Source: a virus
Strand: one strand, 5' to 3'
Virus record (IMG/VR): IMGVR_UViG_3300042507_006854
Coordinates: 1-64,000 of that record
DNA length: 64,000 bases
Shown: positions 19,258 to 30,100 of the stretch, in pieces
Numbering within the stretch: the first letter of the stretch is position 1
Layout of the letters: the number at the start of each line of letters is the position of its first letter
Notes under the pieces: generated by a model
Databases searched by the model: none
The model's input: only the letters and a program-made list of their open reading frames with translations
Told to the model about the DNA's origin: nothing
Made by a program: the position numbers and the translations under genes

Positions 19258-20091
19258 ATGGATAAACAGAATAAAAATTGGATGTACAAATTTGAAGCCG
19301 TAGAGAGTATCTACAAGGAAGATAAAGAAATTGATAAGAAGACACGCTCATTTATTATTTCTAAGCCTAATCGTAGATTAAGAGAAGACGGAGAGCTTTT
19401 TTATGCTAGTGAAACATCAAGGTTTGCCAAAGCTGGCGTTTTACCAAAGGCGGCTTGGAATACAATTTTATCTAATGGTGGTGGAAGTATTAGCGAGAAG
19501 GAAAGAGAAGTTTATGGCGGTTTATTAATTAAATTTAGAGACGCATCTTTTGAATTACAATCTATTTTAATTAAAACCGAAAACGAAAGAACAAATCTTG
19601 AGAAAAAACGTGCTGATGAAATTTTAGTAGAATTAGAAGAAATTAGAAAAGATATTCAGTCATTTGAAGCTTCGCAAATAGCTATTTTTGAAAATACAGC
19701 TGAGGCCAAAGCAAGAAATAGAACCATTTTATGGTGGGTATTAAATCTCGCTTATGAAGATATAAATGGTGACATTAGGCCTCTTTTCGAAGGACAGTCT
19801 TTTAATGATAAGTTAGATAAATATGATTTCTTAGAAGAAAGTCAAGAAAATACATTTCTACTTTCCGTTATTAGAAGGTTTACCTATTTAATTACATTAT
19901 GGTTTTTGGGTAGAATCGAAACAGACGCTGATTTTGAAGACTTTGATAAATCTTTTATGAAAGATGGAACTGAAGACGAAGAATCTACGGAAATTGAATC
20001 TTCAAGTTCCTCATCTGTTGAGGACAAACCTTCTGAACCTGTAAGCTCTGATTCGTCTTCTAGTTCTTCGGAAGTTCAGGCTCCTCAGTAA
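19258..20091 (+). CDS. Putative tail assembly chaperone 1
   Basis: Between tail tube and TMP; helical/acidic, with a Ser-rich tail. Confidence 0.5.
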   Translation: MDKQNKNWMYKFEAVESIYKEDKEIDKKTRSFIISKPNRRLREDGELFYASETSRFAKAGVLPKAAWNTILSNGGGSISEKEREVYGGLLIKFRDASFELQSILIKTENERTNLEKKRADEILVELEEIRKDIQSFEASQIAIFENTAEAKARNRTILWWVLNLAYEDINGDIRPLFEGQSFNDKLDKYDFLEESQENTFLLSVIRRFTYLITLWFLGRIETDADFEDFDKSFMKDGTEDEESTEIESSSSSSVEDKPSEPVSSDSSSSSSEVQAPQ

Positions 20092-20094
20092 TGT

Positions 20095-21117
20095 GTGGAT
20101 AAAACAACAGAGTTTGGAAGAATATATAGTGAAATAGCAAATGGCTATTCTAAACAAAATGTAAATAATAATGTTATTTATTTTAAACACCCTAGCTTAA
20201 CTGAGCATTTTAGTATTTATTCAAATTATGAATTGCTTTTGAAAGAAGCTAGAAATAAAGGCGTTCCCACGGAAGAAGAAAAAATTAAAGAAGCTATTGA
20301 GGGCGGCTGGTGGACCAAAGAAAAAGAAATGGAGATTTCTATTCTTAGAAAGACGATCACTAATCTTACTAAAACAAAAAATAAATTGGCATTGCCATCT
20401 CAAAAAACAGCTATAGAAAATCAACTTAGAAGCAGAGAAGCTATCCTATTAACTTTTTTAAAAGAACGGCAGGAGATTACCGCCTATACGGCTGAAGATT
20501 ACACTTCTCAAAGATTTATAGATGAGACAATACTATTATTAACATATAAAAATACTAATTTAACAGAACTATATTTTACCCTAGAAGATTATTACAATTT
20601 AAATGACAGGTACATAGAAAATATTAAAAACCTATATAATCAATACTCTATAGTTTTTTCACAACAAAATATCAAATGTATTGCTGCTTGTGGATTTTTT
20701 CAAAATCTTGTTTATTTAAATGACGATGCTTATAGCTTTTGGGGCAAGCCAACAGTCAAATGTACTAAATATCAAGTTGATGTTTTAGTATATGGTAAAA
20801 TGTATAAAAATTTTATTAAAAATTCCGCAGAAAATGGGAATGCCGTGCAGGAGGAAATCTTAAATGATCCTGAAAAATTAGTTGATTTTGTAGACAGTGC
20901 TACACAAGGTTCTAGCAAATTAAAAGGCCCAAATAAAAAATCAAAAGATAGTCGAAATATGGTAAGCAGTCTTGTTGGGGCGACACCAGATGATTTAAAA
21001 AAGATGGGCGTTAAAACTGAAAAACTGGCTGGGGGTAAAAGTTTACTGGAAATGGCTAAAGAATCTGGTGGTACTTTAGAAAAACATCAGTATTTAAAGG
21101 CGCGAGAAAGTAGTTAA
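20095..21117 (+). CDS. Putative tail assembly chaperone 2
   Basis: Directly upstream of TMP; 'FWGKP...TKYQ' motif typical of pre-TMP chaperones. Confidence 0.5.
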   Translation: MDKTTEFGRIYSEIANGYSKQNVNNNVIYFKHPSLTEHFSIYSNYELLLKEARNKGVPTEEEKIKEAIEGGWWTKEKEMEISILRKTITNLTKTKNKLALPSQKTAIENQLRSREAILLTFLKERQEITAYTAEDYTSQRFIDETILLLTYKNTNLTELYFTLEDYYNLNDRYIENIKNLYNQYSIVFSQQNIKCIAACGFFQNLVYLNDDAYSFWGKPTVKCTKYQVDVLVYGKMYKNFIKNSAENGNAVQEEILNDPEKLVDFVDSATQGSSKLKGPNKKSKDSRNMVSSLVGATPDDLKKMGVKTEKLAGGKSLLEMAKESGGTLEKHQYLKARESS

Positions 21118-21118
21118 A

Positions 21119-21156
21119 GTGTAAATAATAATATTCTAGGAATAAGGATATTACAC
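21119..21156 (+). promoter_or_regulatory. GTGTAA element, AGGAATAAGG leader and inverted TTACAC upstream of TMP
   Basis: GTGTAA 21119-21124, AGGAATAAGG 21138-21147, TTACAC 21151-21156. Confidence 0.6.
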
Positions 21157-21157
21157 C

Positions 21158-24100
21158 ATGGCTGCTATTAATATTGATGTAGGCGCAAATACAAGACGAG
21201 CTGAAAGAGATATTCAGAAACTCGTAAGCAAGTCTTATAATATAAATTTAAAAACAAAAGGCGACCAACCTCTTGGGCGTATTACTGGTAAAGTTAATGA
21301 ATTTACTAAATCGTTAGACGCTTCTAATGCTCGCGTTATTGCTTTCGGTGCTAGCGCAGGAATTATTTTTGGAGTACAAAGAGCTTTTGAAGCATTAGCA
21401 ACTTCCGTTATAGACACTCAAAAATCATTGGCGGATATTAATGTTATTTTAAATGTTTCAAGTAGTCAATTACAAAAATTTGGTGGAGAATTATTTGGAA
21501 TAGCAAAGAATACTGGACAATCTTTTCAAGAAGTCGCCAAAGCTGCTACAGAATTTTCTAGACAAGGCCTGGGAATTGCCGAAACGTTAAAAAGAACTAG
21601 TGAAGCTTTAATCTTATCAAGATTAAGTGGGTTAGATGCTGCAAAAAGTGTTGAAGCGTTAACTGCTGCCGTTAACTCATTTGCAAGTCAAGCTGTAACA
21701 GCAACAGAAATTGTTAATAAATTTGCAAATGTTGACGCGGCTTTCGCTGTCAGTTCTGCGGACCTTGCAGATGCTATTTCCCGTGTCGGTAGTAGTGCGG
21801 CCCAATCTGGAGTAAATTTAGATGAACTTATCGCAATTGTAACTGCCGCGCAACAAACAACTGCTCGTGGCGGCGCAGTAATTGGTAACTCTTTTAAAAC
21901 AATTTTTACAAGGCTACAAAGAACAAAAACCATTGATTTATTAGAAGGTCTTGGCGTTAATACAAAAGATTCGTCTGGTCAAATTAAAAGCACAATTAAT
22001 TTATTAACGGATCTTGCCAAAGTATATGACCAGCTTGGAACTTTGCAACAAGCAGAAGTAGCTGAAAAAGTTGGTGGTGTATTCCAAATTAACATCTTAA
22101 AAGCTGCTTTGGCAGATTTAGGAAAAGAATTTTCTGTTTATAATAGTGCTTTGCAAGTTGCCGGTTCAAGTACCGATCAAGCAATTCGGCGTAATGAAGA
22201 ACTTAATAAAACTTACGCAGCACAATTAAATGCTATACAGGAAAATGCTAAGCAATTGGGCGCTAGCGTGGGTGATAGATTATTTGGCCCAGCTTTTAAT
22301 AGGGTAGTTGGAAATGCTAATGATATTCTTGGTACTGTTAATGCTGGTGACGGTAATGGGATCGGTGCAACGCTAGGAAAAGGAATCCTAGATGGTTTGG
22401 GTCAAGTTATTGCTGGTCCAGGTTTGGCATTATTGGGTGGTATTTTTATAAAGCTTTTTGCTGACTTAAGTAAATTTATAGGTGGAAGTTTAAAAGAACT
22501 TTTAAATCTAAATAACGCTTCAAAACAGCAACAAGCATTGCAACAAAGTATCTCGGCAATTTTACAAAAAAATCCTGATTTATTTAAATTAATGCAACAA
22601 GGTACCGTTGGTCTTAACAAGGGTGCTGAAATTTTATTAGCTAGTTTACGCGCGCAAACGGTTGAGTTACAAAAACAAGAAGCTATTGCTGCGAAAATTG
22701 CTGCTCAATTTTTAAGATCCGGTAATGTAACTATGGTTGGAGGTATTCCGACGGCTACCACAGGAAAACCACCAAAAACAAAATCTGGAGGATTTATTCC
22801 AAATTTTGCCAATGTATCGCAAAAACAAGTAATTGGCGAAACTGCTGGCGCGCTTAAAGGTGGGTACGAACCTGGCAAAATAGTTCGAATTAAAGGAATG
22901 GTGGCTAATGATGCCGAAGAATTTATAAAATATCAGGGAGTTTCAAAGCCTGAAATTAGACCGCCAGCAGATAGTAAAGCCGGAAAAGATCACCGTAAAA
23001 AATTAAAAAATAAATTAGGATTTATTCCTGGAGAAGATAAAGCTACTGGATTTATTCCAAATTTTGCAGAGGATAAAAATATTTTAAAATATCAAAAAAG
23101 TTTTGCTGCTGGAAAAGTTTTTGATAATGCTATTGCTTTATCTTTAGGATTAAAAAAAGCATATGTGGAAGATCGTGATGTTATTGATTTTGCTCCAAAC
23201 TTATTAGCGCCGCCAACAATTGATAATAAGGTTAAAACTCTTCTGGGTATTAACCCTAAAACTTTATATGGTGATGCAAAATTAAGCGGATCTGATGATA
23301 ATATAGCTAGTTATATATCTAAAATATTAAGATTACCAGGAACTCAAATACGTAATAACACAGTTATTCCCGCTAGTAAGGGTGGTTCAATATTAATTCC
23401 TGGAAGTGGCGATAACGATTCGTTAAAGAATCTTCGCGCTGGAGTGGGAACAATTTTAAAGAAAAACCCTAGCGTTGCACAAACCTCAGTATTTCAAAAC
23501 TCTGGATTAGAAAAAGGTGAGTCCTTATTTTTACCAAATGTTCTAATTGATTCTGTAAAAAATATAACAAGACAGACAGTTTTTGGTAATGTGGCTGGTG
23601 GAGGAAAAAATTTCCAAGATTTTAATGTAAGAAAATCTGCAGCTGAAAATATTGCTAGTAGATTTGGTTTTAAAAAAGCTAAAACTTTTGCTTCTGGTTT
23701 TATTCCAAATTTTGCAAAAGCATCTAAAGAAGAATCTGTAAACTTAGGCGATATAAGTTCAAACCCATCGTATAGATCAAAATTACTTTCTGTTATTATT
23801 CCCCAACCATCAAAAAGTTTATTAAAATTCCCAGCTGAAGCAAAATACGGAGATACATTATATACTACCACCGGACTCCCAGTATCAGGACCAAACCCAG
23901 ACATAACAAAAAGATTATCACAACAAAATATTCCAAATTTACATAAAAATATTGGTAAAGTTGTTCTTGATCAAGCTAATGTTTTTGGTCAATCATTAGG
24001 CGCAACAAAATTTATGAGTAGCGTTTCTGAATTACCCAATTTGGGTGGGGTCAATAGCGCTGCCGGAATTGCTTTTGAAGGTGGGGTACTGAACGCCCTT

Positions 24101-27100
24101 GGAAAATCAATTGGATCCAAAAATGCAAGAGTTGATTTTTCATCTGCGTCTCTAAATTCACAAATTAAAAAAATATTTAATAATGCCCCTGGTTCGTATG
24201 AAGCTAAAAATAGACCATCGAGACCACTGATTAATGATGGTTTTTTAAAATTTTTAAGTCGTGCAAAGCCAGGGTCCGTAAAATCACCAAGGAGCGGAGG
24301 ATTTAAGGAGGCGCAGGCATTAAGAGCACAGGCGTTAAAGAATTTTGAATTAGAGGGTCGTACATATAAAAGAGGCCCTCAATTAAACAATGAAATTGAG
24401 AAAGAAATAGCTAAAATTAGAAGTAGTAGGGGTATGGCTGCTGGTTTTATTCCGGATTTTGAAGAAATGAAACAAAGCGCAATGAGCGCCGAAAGAAAAT
24501 TCGGTAAAGGTGCTAAAATGGATGAATATAAAGGATTGTTATATGTTCGCCAACCAGGACAATCTTCTAATTTCAAAACGATGATGAAAGAAGATCATCC
24601 AGAAGGTTTTGCAGCAGCCGTTGCTAATTCTGCTAAGTCTCAAGGAATTGCTAGTCAAGGATTTATTCCAAACTTTGCAATTAACGAAAGCACCGCCCCA
24701 GCAGATTTAACTGCATCAATTTCTGCTGTCGTTACACAATTAGGCGGGCTAGCATTTATGCTATCTTTTGCAAAAGGTCAATATCAAGAGTCTTTAAAAC
24801 AATTGACTTCTGCAAATGTGGCCGCTGCAAAAGCTCAAGCTCAAAATGTTTTAGCTTTAAAAAAATTGCAAGCAGGAGGCGGAGTTAGAAATGAGCCTGG
24901 TGGATTCCTGAATGCACAACAATCGATTAAAAGAGCTGAGGCGGGGACATTTGCACAGAAATCTGGAGCCTTGCTTGGTTCAAATGCCCTAGCCCTTACT
25001 TTTCTTGGCCCTATTATAGCAGAAACAATTAAAAATGCGATTGGTCAACAAACAAAAGAGGCGAGGGTTCAGAGTTCTGTAGCAAGTGGATTTGGTCAAG
25101 CAGCTACTTTTGCTGGTTTTGGCGCATTGATGACGCCAATGAATCCTTTAGTTGGTGGGGGCGTTGGTCTCGCTGCTGGCGCAATGTTAGGATTAGTTGA
25201 TGTTATTAAACAGGCAAATACAAATATCCCAGAACTATCAGCAGCTGCGAAAAAAGCTTCTGAAGATCTTACTAGAATAAATGACGCTGGTCAGAAAGTA
25301 CAAACGCAATTTGAGCAAGTTTCACAATTAAGAGAATCTGGAGAACAAGAAAAAGCTGGAAAATTAGAAGCAGATTTACTGAAATTGATAGGAAAAGAAT
25401 TTAGAGATCGTCCAGAATTAGCTTCTCAAGCTGCTAGCGCTGTAATTAATCAAGATTTTAAATCTTTAACAGCGGCTTTAGAGAAAAATACTCAAGCAGT
25501 ATTAAAACAAAAAATAACAGAAGATCGTAACTTATTAATAGGAGAATTTATAGAGGGGGCTGGGGGTAAACAAGCTGGAAAACAATTTGTAGATATTGTT
25601 CCTATCGAAAGTTTTGATGAACAAGCTTTAAATAAATTGATAGAATTTTCTAATCAAGCCTCTCAAACGAAACCAGATGTAGTAAGAAAAGTTACTACGG
25701 GAGAAGCGTTTGGAAATCCATTAAATCAAAAAGCTTTTGAAAATACAAAGATAATAAGCGAAAACCTTTTAAATTTTCTAGCCTCAACTGAAAAATTAAA
25801 TCCAGGAGATATTGATAAATTACGAGCAGCTTTTGCAGATGATCCGGCTCTGGCTATTGAAGCATTAGCTGCGATTAAAAACCCCGCATTAGATACTTTA
25901 AAAGCTGTTGAGGCTACCGCTCGAAATAGCGCTAAAGGTAATAAAATTATTGCAGCTATTACAGACGCTTTATCAAAGGCGCAATCAATTTATGCACAAT
26001 TTGCTATTAATGCACAAGCTGCGGTTGATTTGCAACTAAGTAGTCAAAGAAGTATAAGAGAAGCTTATAAAAATATAGCAGAATCACAAGGTCAAAGAGA
26101 CGTAAGTCTTTTAACCGCCGTTGGAAATCCGCAAGCGGCTAAAAATGTTCGTATTAATACTGAAATTAAAAAATTTAATACTGAATTTGCTAATGCAGTA
26201 AATAGTTCTTTTGATAGCATAATAAGTAATGTCGCAAGCGCGGTAGTTACAAGCGGCCAAAAAACCTTGGCTGGATTTTCTGATATTGGCTCTGGAGACG
26301 GCACCGAAGGAAGAGCAATTCAAAACATTGACGCTGCGACAACTTTTGCGGAAGCTTTTCAAAGACAGTTTAATATTAATAATTTTAAAGACTTAATAGG
26401 AATTGGTGGCGAAAATTTTGATATACAAGATTTTGAAGGATTTAATGTACAAAGCGTCTTAAATGAAATATCTAGTAAATTAGGCCTTGATCAAGGAGAC
26501 CCCGAAGCTAAAGCATTGCTAGAAAGAATTAGAGAAAGTTTAAACGAAGCTAATACTAAATTATTAGACCAAAAAGCAATATTAGCTCAACAGCTTACGG
26601 TTTTAGCAAACCAAGAATATGCAGCAAATTTTCAAGAATTGATGACGGCTATCACCAAAAGTTTTGGTGGAATGGAGTCTTTTAGAAATTTTAATAATCA
26701 ATTTTCAATGACTGATGAATTGAATAGGGCTATTGGTAGCTTATTTGGATTACGTAATGCTTCTGGACCAAAAACTGATATTGAAACTGCTAGAGCGTTA
26801 TCTTCTATAGTTGAGGAGTTAAGCAAGTTGGCCGGAAGTAATATTGTAACAAATAGTCAAGGAGGACTTCGTCCAGAATTGGCTCCGGTTATTGATGCAA
26901 TTGTTAAGGGCCGGGCTTTAGATATTGAAAAAACCATTAATAGCGTTCTGACAGGACCGTTAAGTAAAACTGGTCAAGGCGGTGCTCTACAAACAGCATT
27001 TTTAAATGAATTAATAGATAACCTAGGAATAAGCAGAACAAAAGAAGATGGCACATTAAAAACCCAACAAGAGCTGGTAAGAGAGGTTTCTTTAAAAAAT

Positions 27101-30100
27101 GCTGAGATGCAAACAAAAGCTGAATTGGGTGTTGGAGAAATTAACAAACAAGTATTAGGCCAAGCTTTCAATATGTTGCCAGATAGCTTGAAAAAAGCTT
27201 TCAAAGAGCAGGGGATGGGAGCTTTTAATAGTATTGAGCAAATTGCTCTTGCTCAAGACTTGGCTCGAAATCAGTTATTGCAACAAATATTAGATACTCT
27301 TCGTGCTGGAACGGGTGAAAAGTATGGAGATTTTTCAGCTAGCAGAACTGGAACATTTAATCAAGATGCGGCTGGAGGAGGTGGCTTGAATCCTACGGGT
27401 GTTGGAAGAGCAGAAGACATCAATAATTACACTCCACAAGCCGTAGTCGAGCAAGCTAAGACTCCAGGAACCGATTCTTTTTCGAAAGCAGTTAGTGATA
27501 GAGTTTCGACCTTTAATGATGTTAATTTTACTGGGGAAGATGGATCTCCACGAACACTAAGTAAATGGTTTAATGAGCAAGCTCCTTTAGATTTAACTAC
27601 CGGCTTAACAACAAAATTATCAGATTTAAATGGAGTTATTGGTGCTGTTATAAATGATGAAATGATTCCAGATAATAGTTCTGAAAATCCAATGATGGTT
27701 CCAAAAGATCCTTTGGGATTAGGAATTAATGATGCTATAGGTACGACCGCTGCCGAAATTGCAGGAACAGATCCAGAATTACAAAAAGCTGCTGATTTGA
27801 TTAGAAATACCGATAGTAGGTATTCAGATAATGTTCCTTTGACTATAGAAGATATTAATGATAAGTATACTTCTTCATCATCTTCATCTTCTTCCGATGC
27901 TTATCAATCACAACTAGATAAAGATTACGAAGAATGGAAAGCAAAAAATAAAGCAAAAGGAGAAGTTCCTAAAGGTTTTAAAGATGAAATATCTTCAATT
28001 CGTCGTGGGGTGGGGGGTGCTAAACCATGGCATTCTCCTTATCTAACCGAAATTAATGGGGAACCAGCTTGGGTTCATACTGGGGAAACAGTTACAAAAA
28101 TGGGCCCAAATGGTGAAATGGGGGTTTTAACTCCGGATATGAAAAAAGCTTTAAATTTTGCTGAGGGTTCCATACCAGATGACTCAGCTGTCGCAGCATT
28201 TTTATCTCAATTCAGAAAAAAACGTAATTTTGGAGATGCCGGATACAAAAAATTTAGAGATTGGTTCCGTGCCAATGACGCTGCCGCACCAAAAAATTTA
28301 GGAGGAGCTCCAAGAACAAAAGGCTTTGGATTACAAAATTTTGCTAGGTATGGTAATGATTTATTTAGTGGAGGAACTGCGGGGGCCGGTGGCTATTTTG
28401 ATCCAGCAGATAAGTTTAATGCTTTTAGACCTCCGGTAATACCACCACCGATACCAGGAGCATCTTCTTTAGATAATACTATTAGACAAGATAGACTTGA
28501 TAAACAATTTCGTTTTTCTGAAAAGGACTTTAGAGTAAGAAGGCATGAATTTACACATGCTATGCAAAATGATACGGCTGGATCTAAAGCTGGACAAATG
28601 TTTAAAGGAAAAGCAGCAAAATTTTTTGGAGTCGGAAGAACTGATCCTCAAAAATTTGGAAAATGGACCCAACTAATTGAAGAAACTCAAGCAAGAATTG
28701 TCGAAAAAAGAAGTTTGACTGGCGGTGTTCTTGATATGATAAAGGATGCAGATTTTTATGCAGATTATTATAAAAAGAATCCAGAAGTTTCTAAATCATT
28801 TAAAATGCTTTCTCCTTTAAAACGTTTGGGCGATATACCATATGATCCTGTTTTACAAAAAATTACAAGCCCATTAAATTTAATGAGTCGTAATATTATG
28901 TCAGGTAATATTTCAGTATCTGAAGCTGGAAAAGGGATGGTCGAACAATTCAAAAATATTCCCCAGTTGTTACAAAATCCCGAAATGCTTAAACAATTGG
29001 GGGGTGGTATTTTAAAAGGCGGGGCTGTTGGTATGGGTACCCAATATGCTGGAGAAAAACTTATTCCAAAATTTGATGGTAAAAATAAGGATGGTGAGAT
29101 GTCTTATTTGGAAGAAGTTGCCAATGAATTAAGATCTTTTGGTATTGCAACCGGGTCTGGAGCAGCGGCTGGAGCAGCTGGAACCGGTGGCGCGGGAACA
29201 ATTTTAGGAGCTATTGCTGGAGGAACTACTGATGTTTTAGGTAAATTATGGAGATTAGGTTCTTCTAGCGTCGAACTAGCAAAACTTACATATGACGAGT
29301 ACGGAAGAGAAGATAAGATTAACGCCCAACAATCGGAATTACAAAATAGATCTAAAAAATTAGCAGAACAAGCTAGATTAAAACGTCAAAAATCAGAAAC
29401 GCAAAGAATGGAAAGTATAGGCATGTTAAAACAAAAAGGCCCATCCGTATCAATGCCAATGATGCCATCCACTTTAGATTTTGCAAATGCCGCAACTAGA
29501 AATAAACAACAAACACAATTTAATAAACAAATCACTACCGCACAAACAAAACCAACTAATCCATATAGACTAATCGGCGGAAAAGGAAATGCTCCGGCAA
29601 CTCAAATAGATACAAGAACTGGAACGGGAACTTTAGTGCCTCGTGCAGAAGCTGTTAATCCAAGTCGCGGAATTTCTACATCAACAAGTTATGCCCAAGA
29701 TCCAGAAGTTCAAAAAGCTATTAAGTCTGGTGACATTAGAGCTATTGAACAGGCAACAGTAAAAGCTAGAGAGAGGGCTGGTAAGTCATTCGAAACTCCT
29801 GGTAGTGATTTTGCTAGACAATATAAATTTAAAGAAGATTTAGTAACCGCTTCTCAGATTGGTGAAATTGGTGGTATCGTCACTGGAGGAACACAGGCTG
29901 AAGTTGATGATTATTATAAGAAAAAAGCCAAAGAATTTGGAATGTCAGATCGTTTTATTACAGATTATATTGAACCAAGAGAAAGAAGAAAAGAAGAGCA
30001 AAAACTAAACCCACCAAAAAGAAATTTTACTGAAAAAGGCGCTAGAAGTAGATTAAAAGATATATTGGATGGTTATGATGCTTTAATGCGTGGAAATAGA

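Noticed and set aside
16494-21117. Contractile tail sheath
   Set aside because: No sheath-sized gene lies between the neck genes and the tube gene; the layout fits a non-contractile tail.
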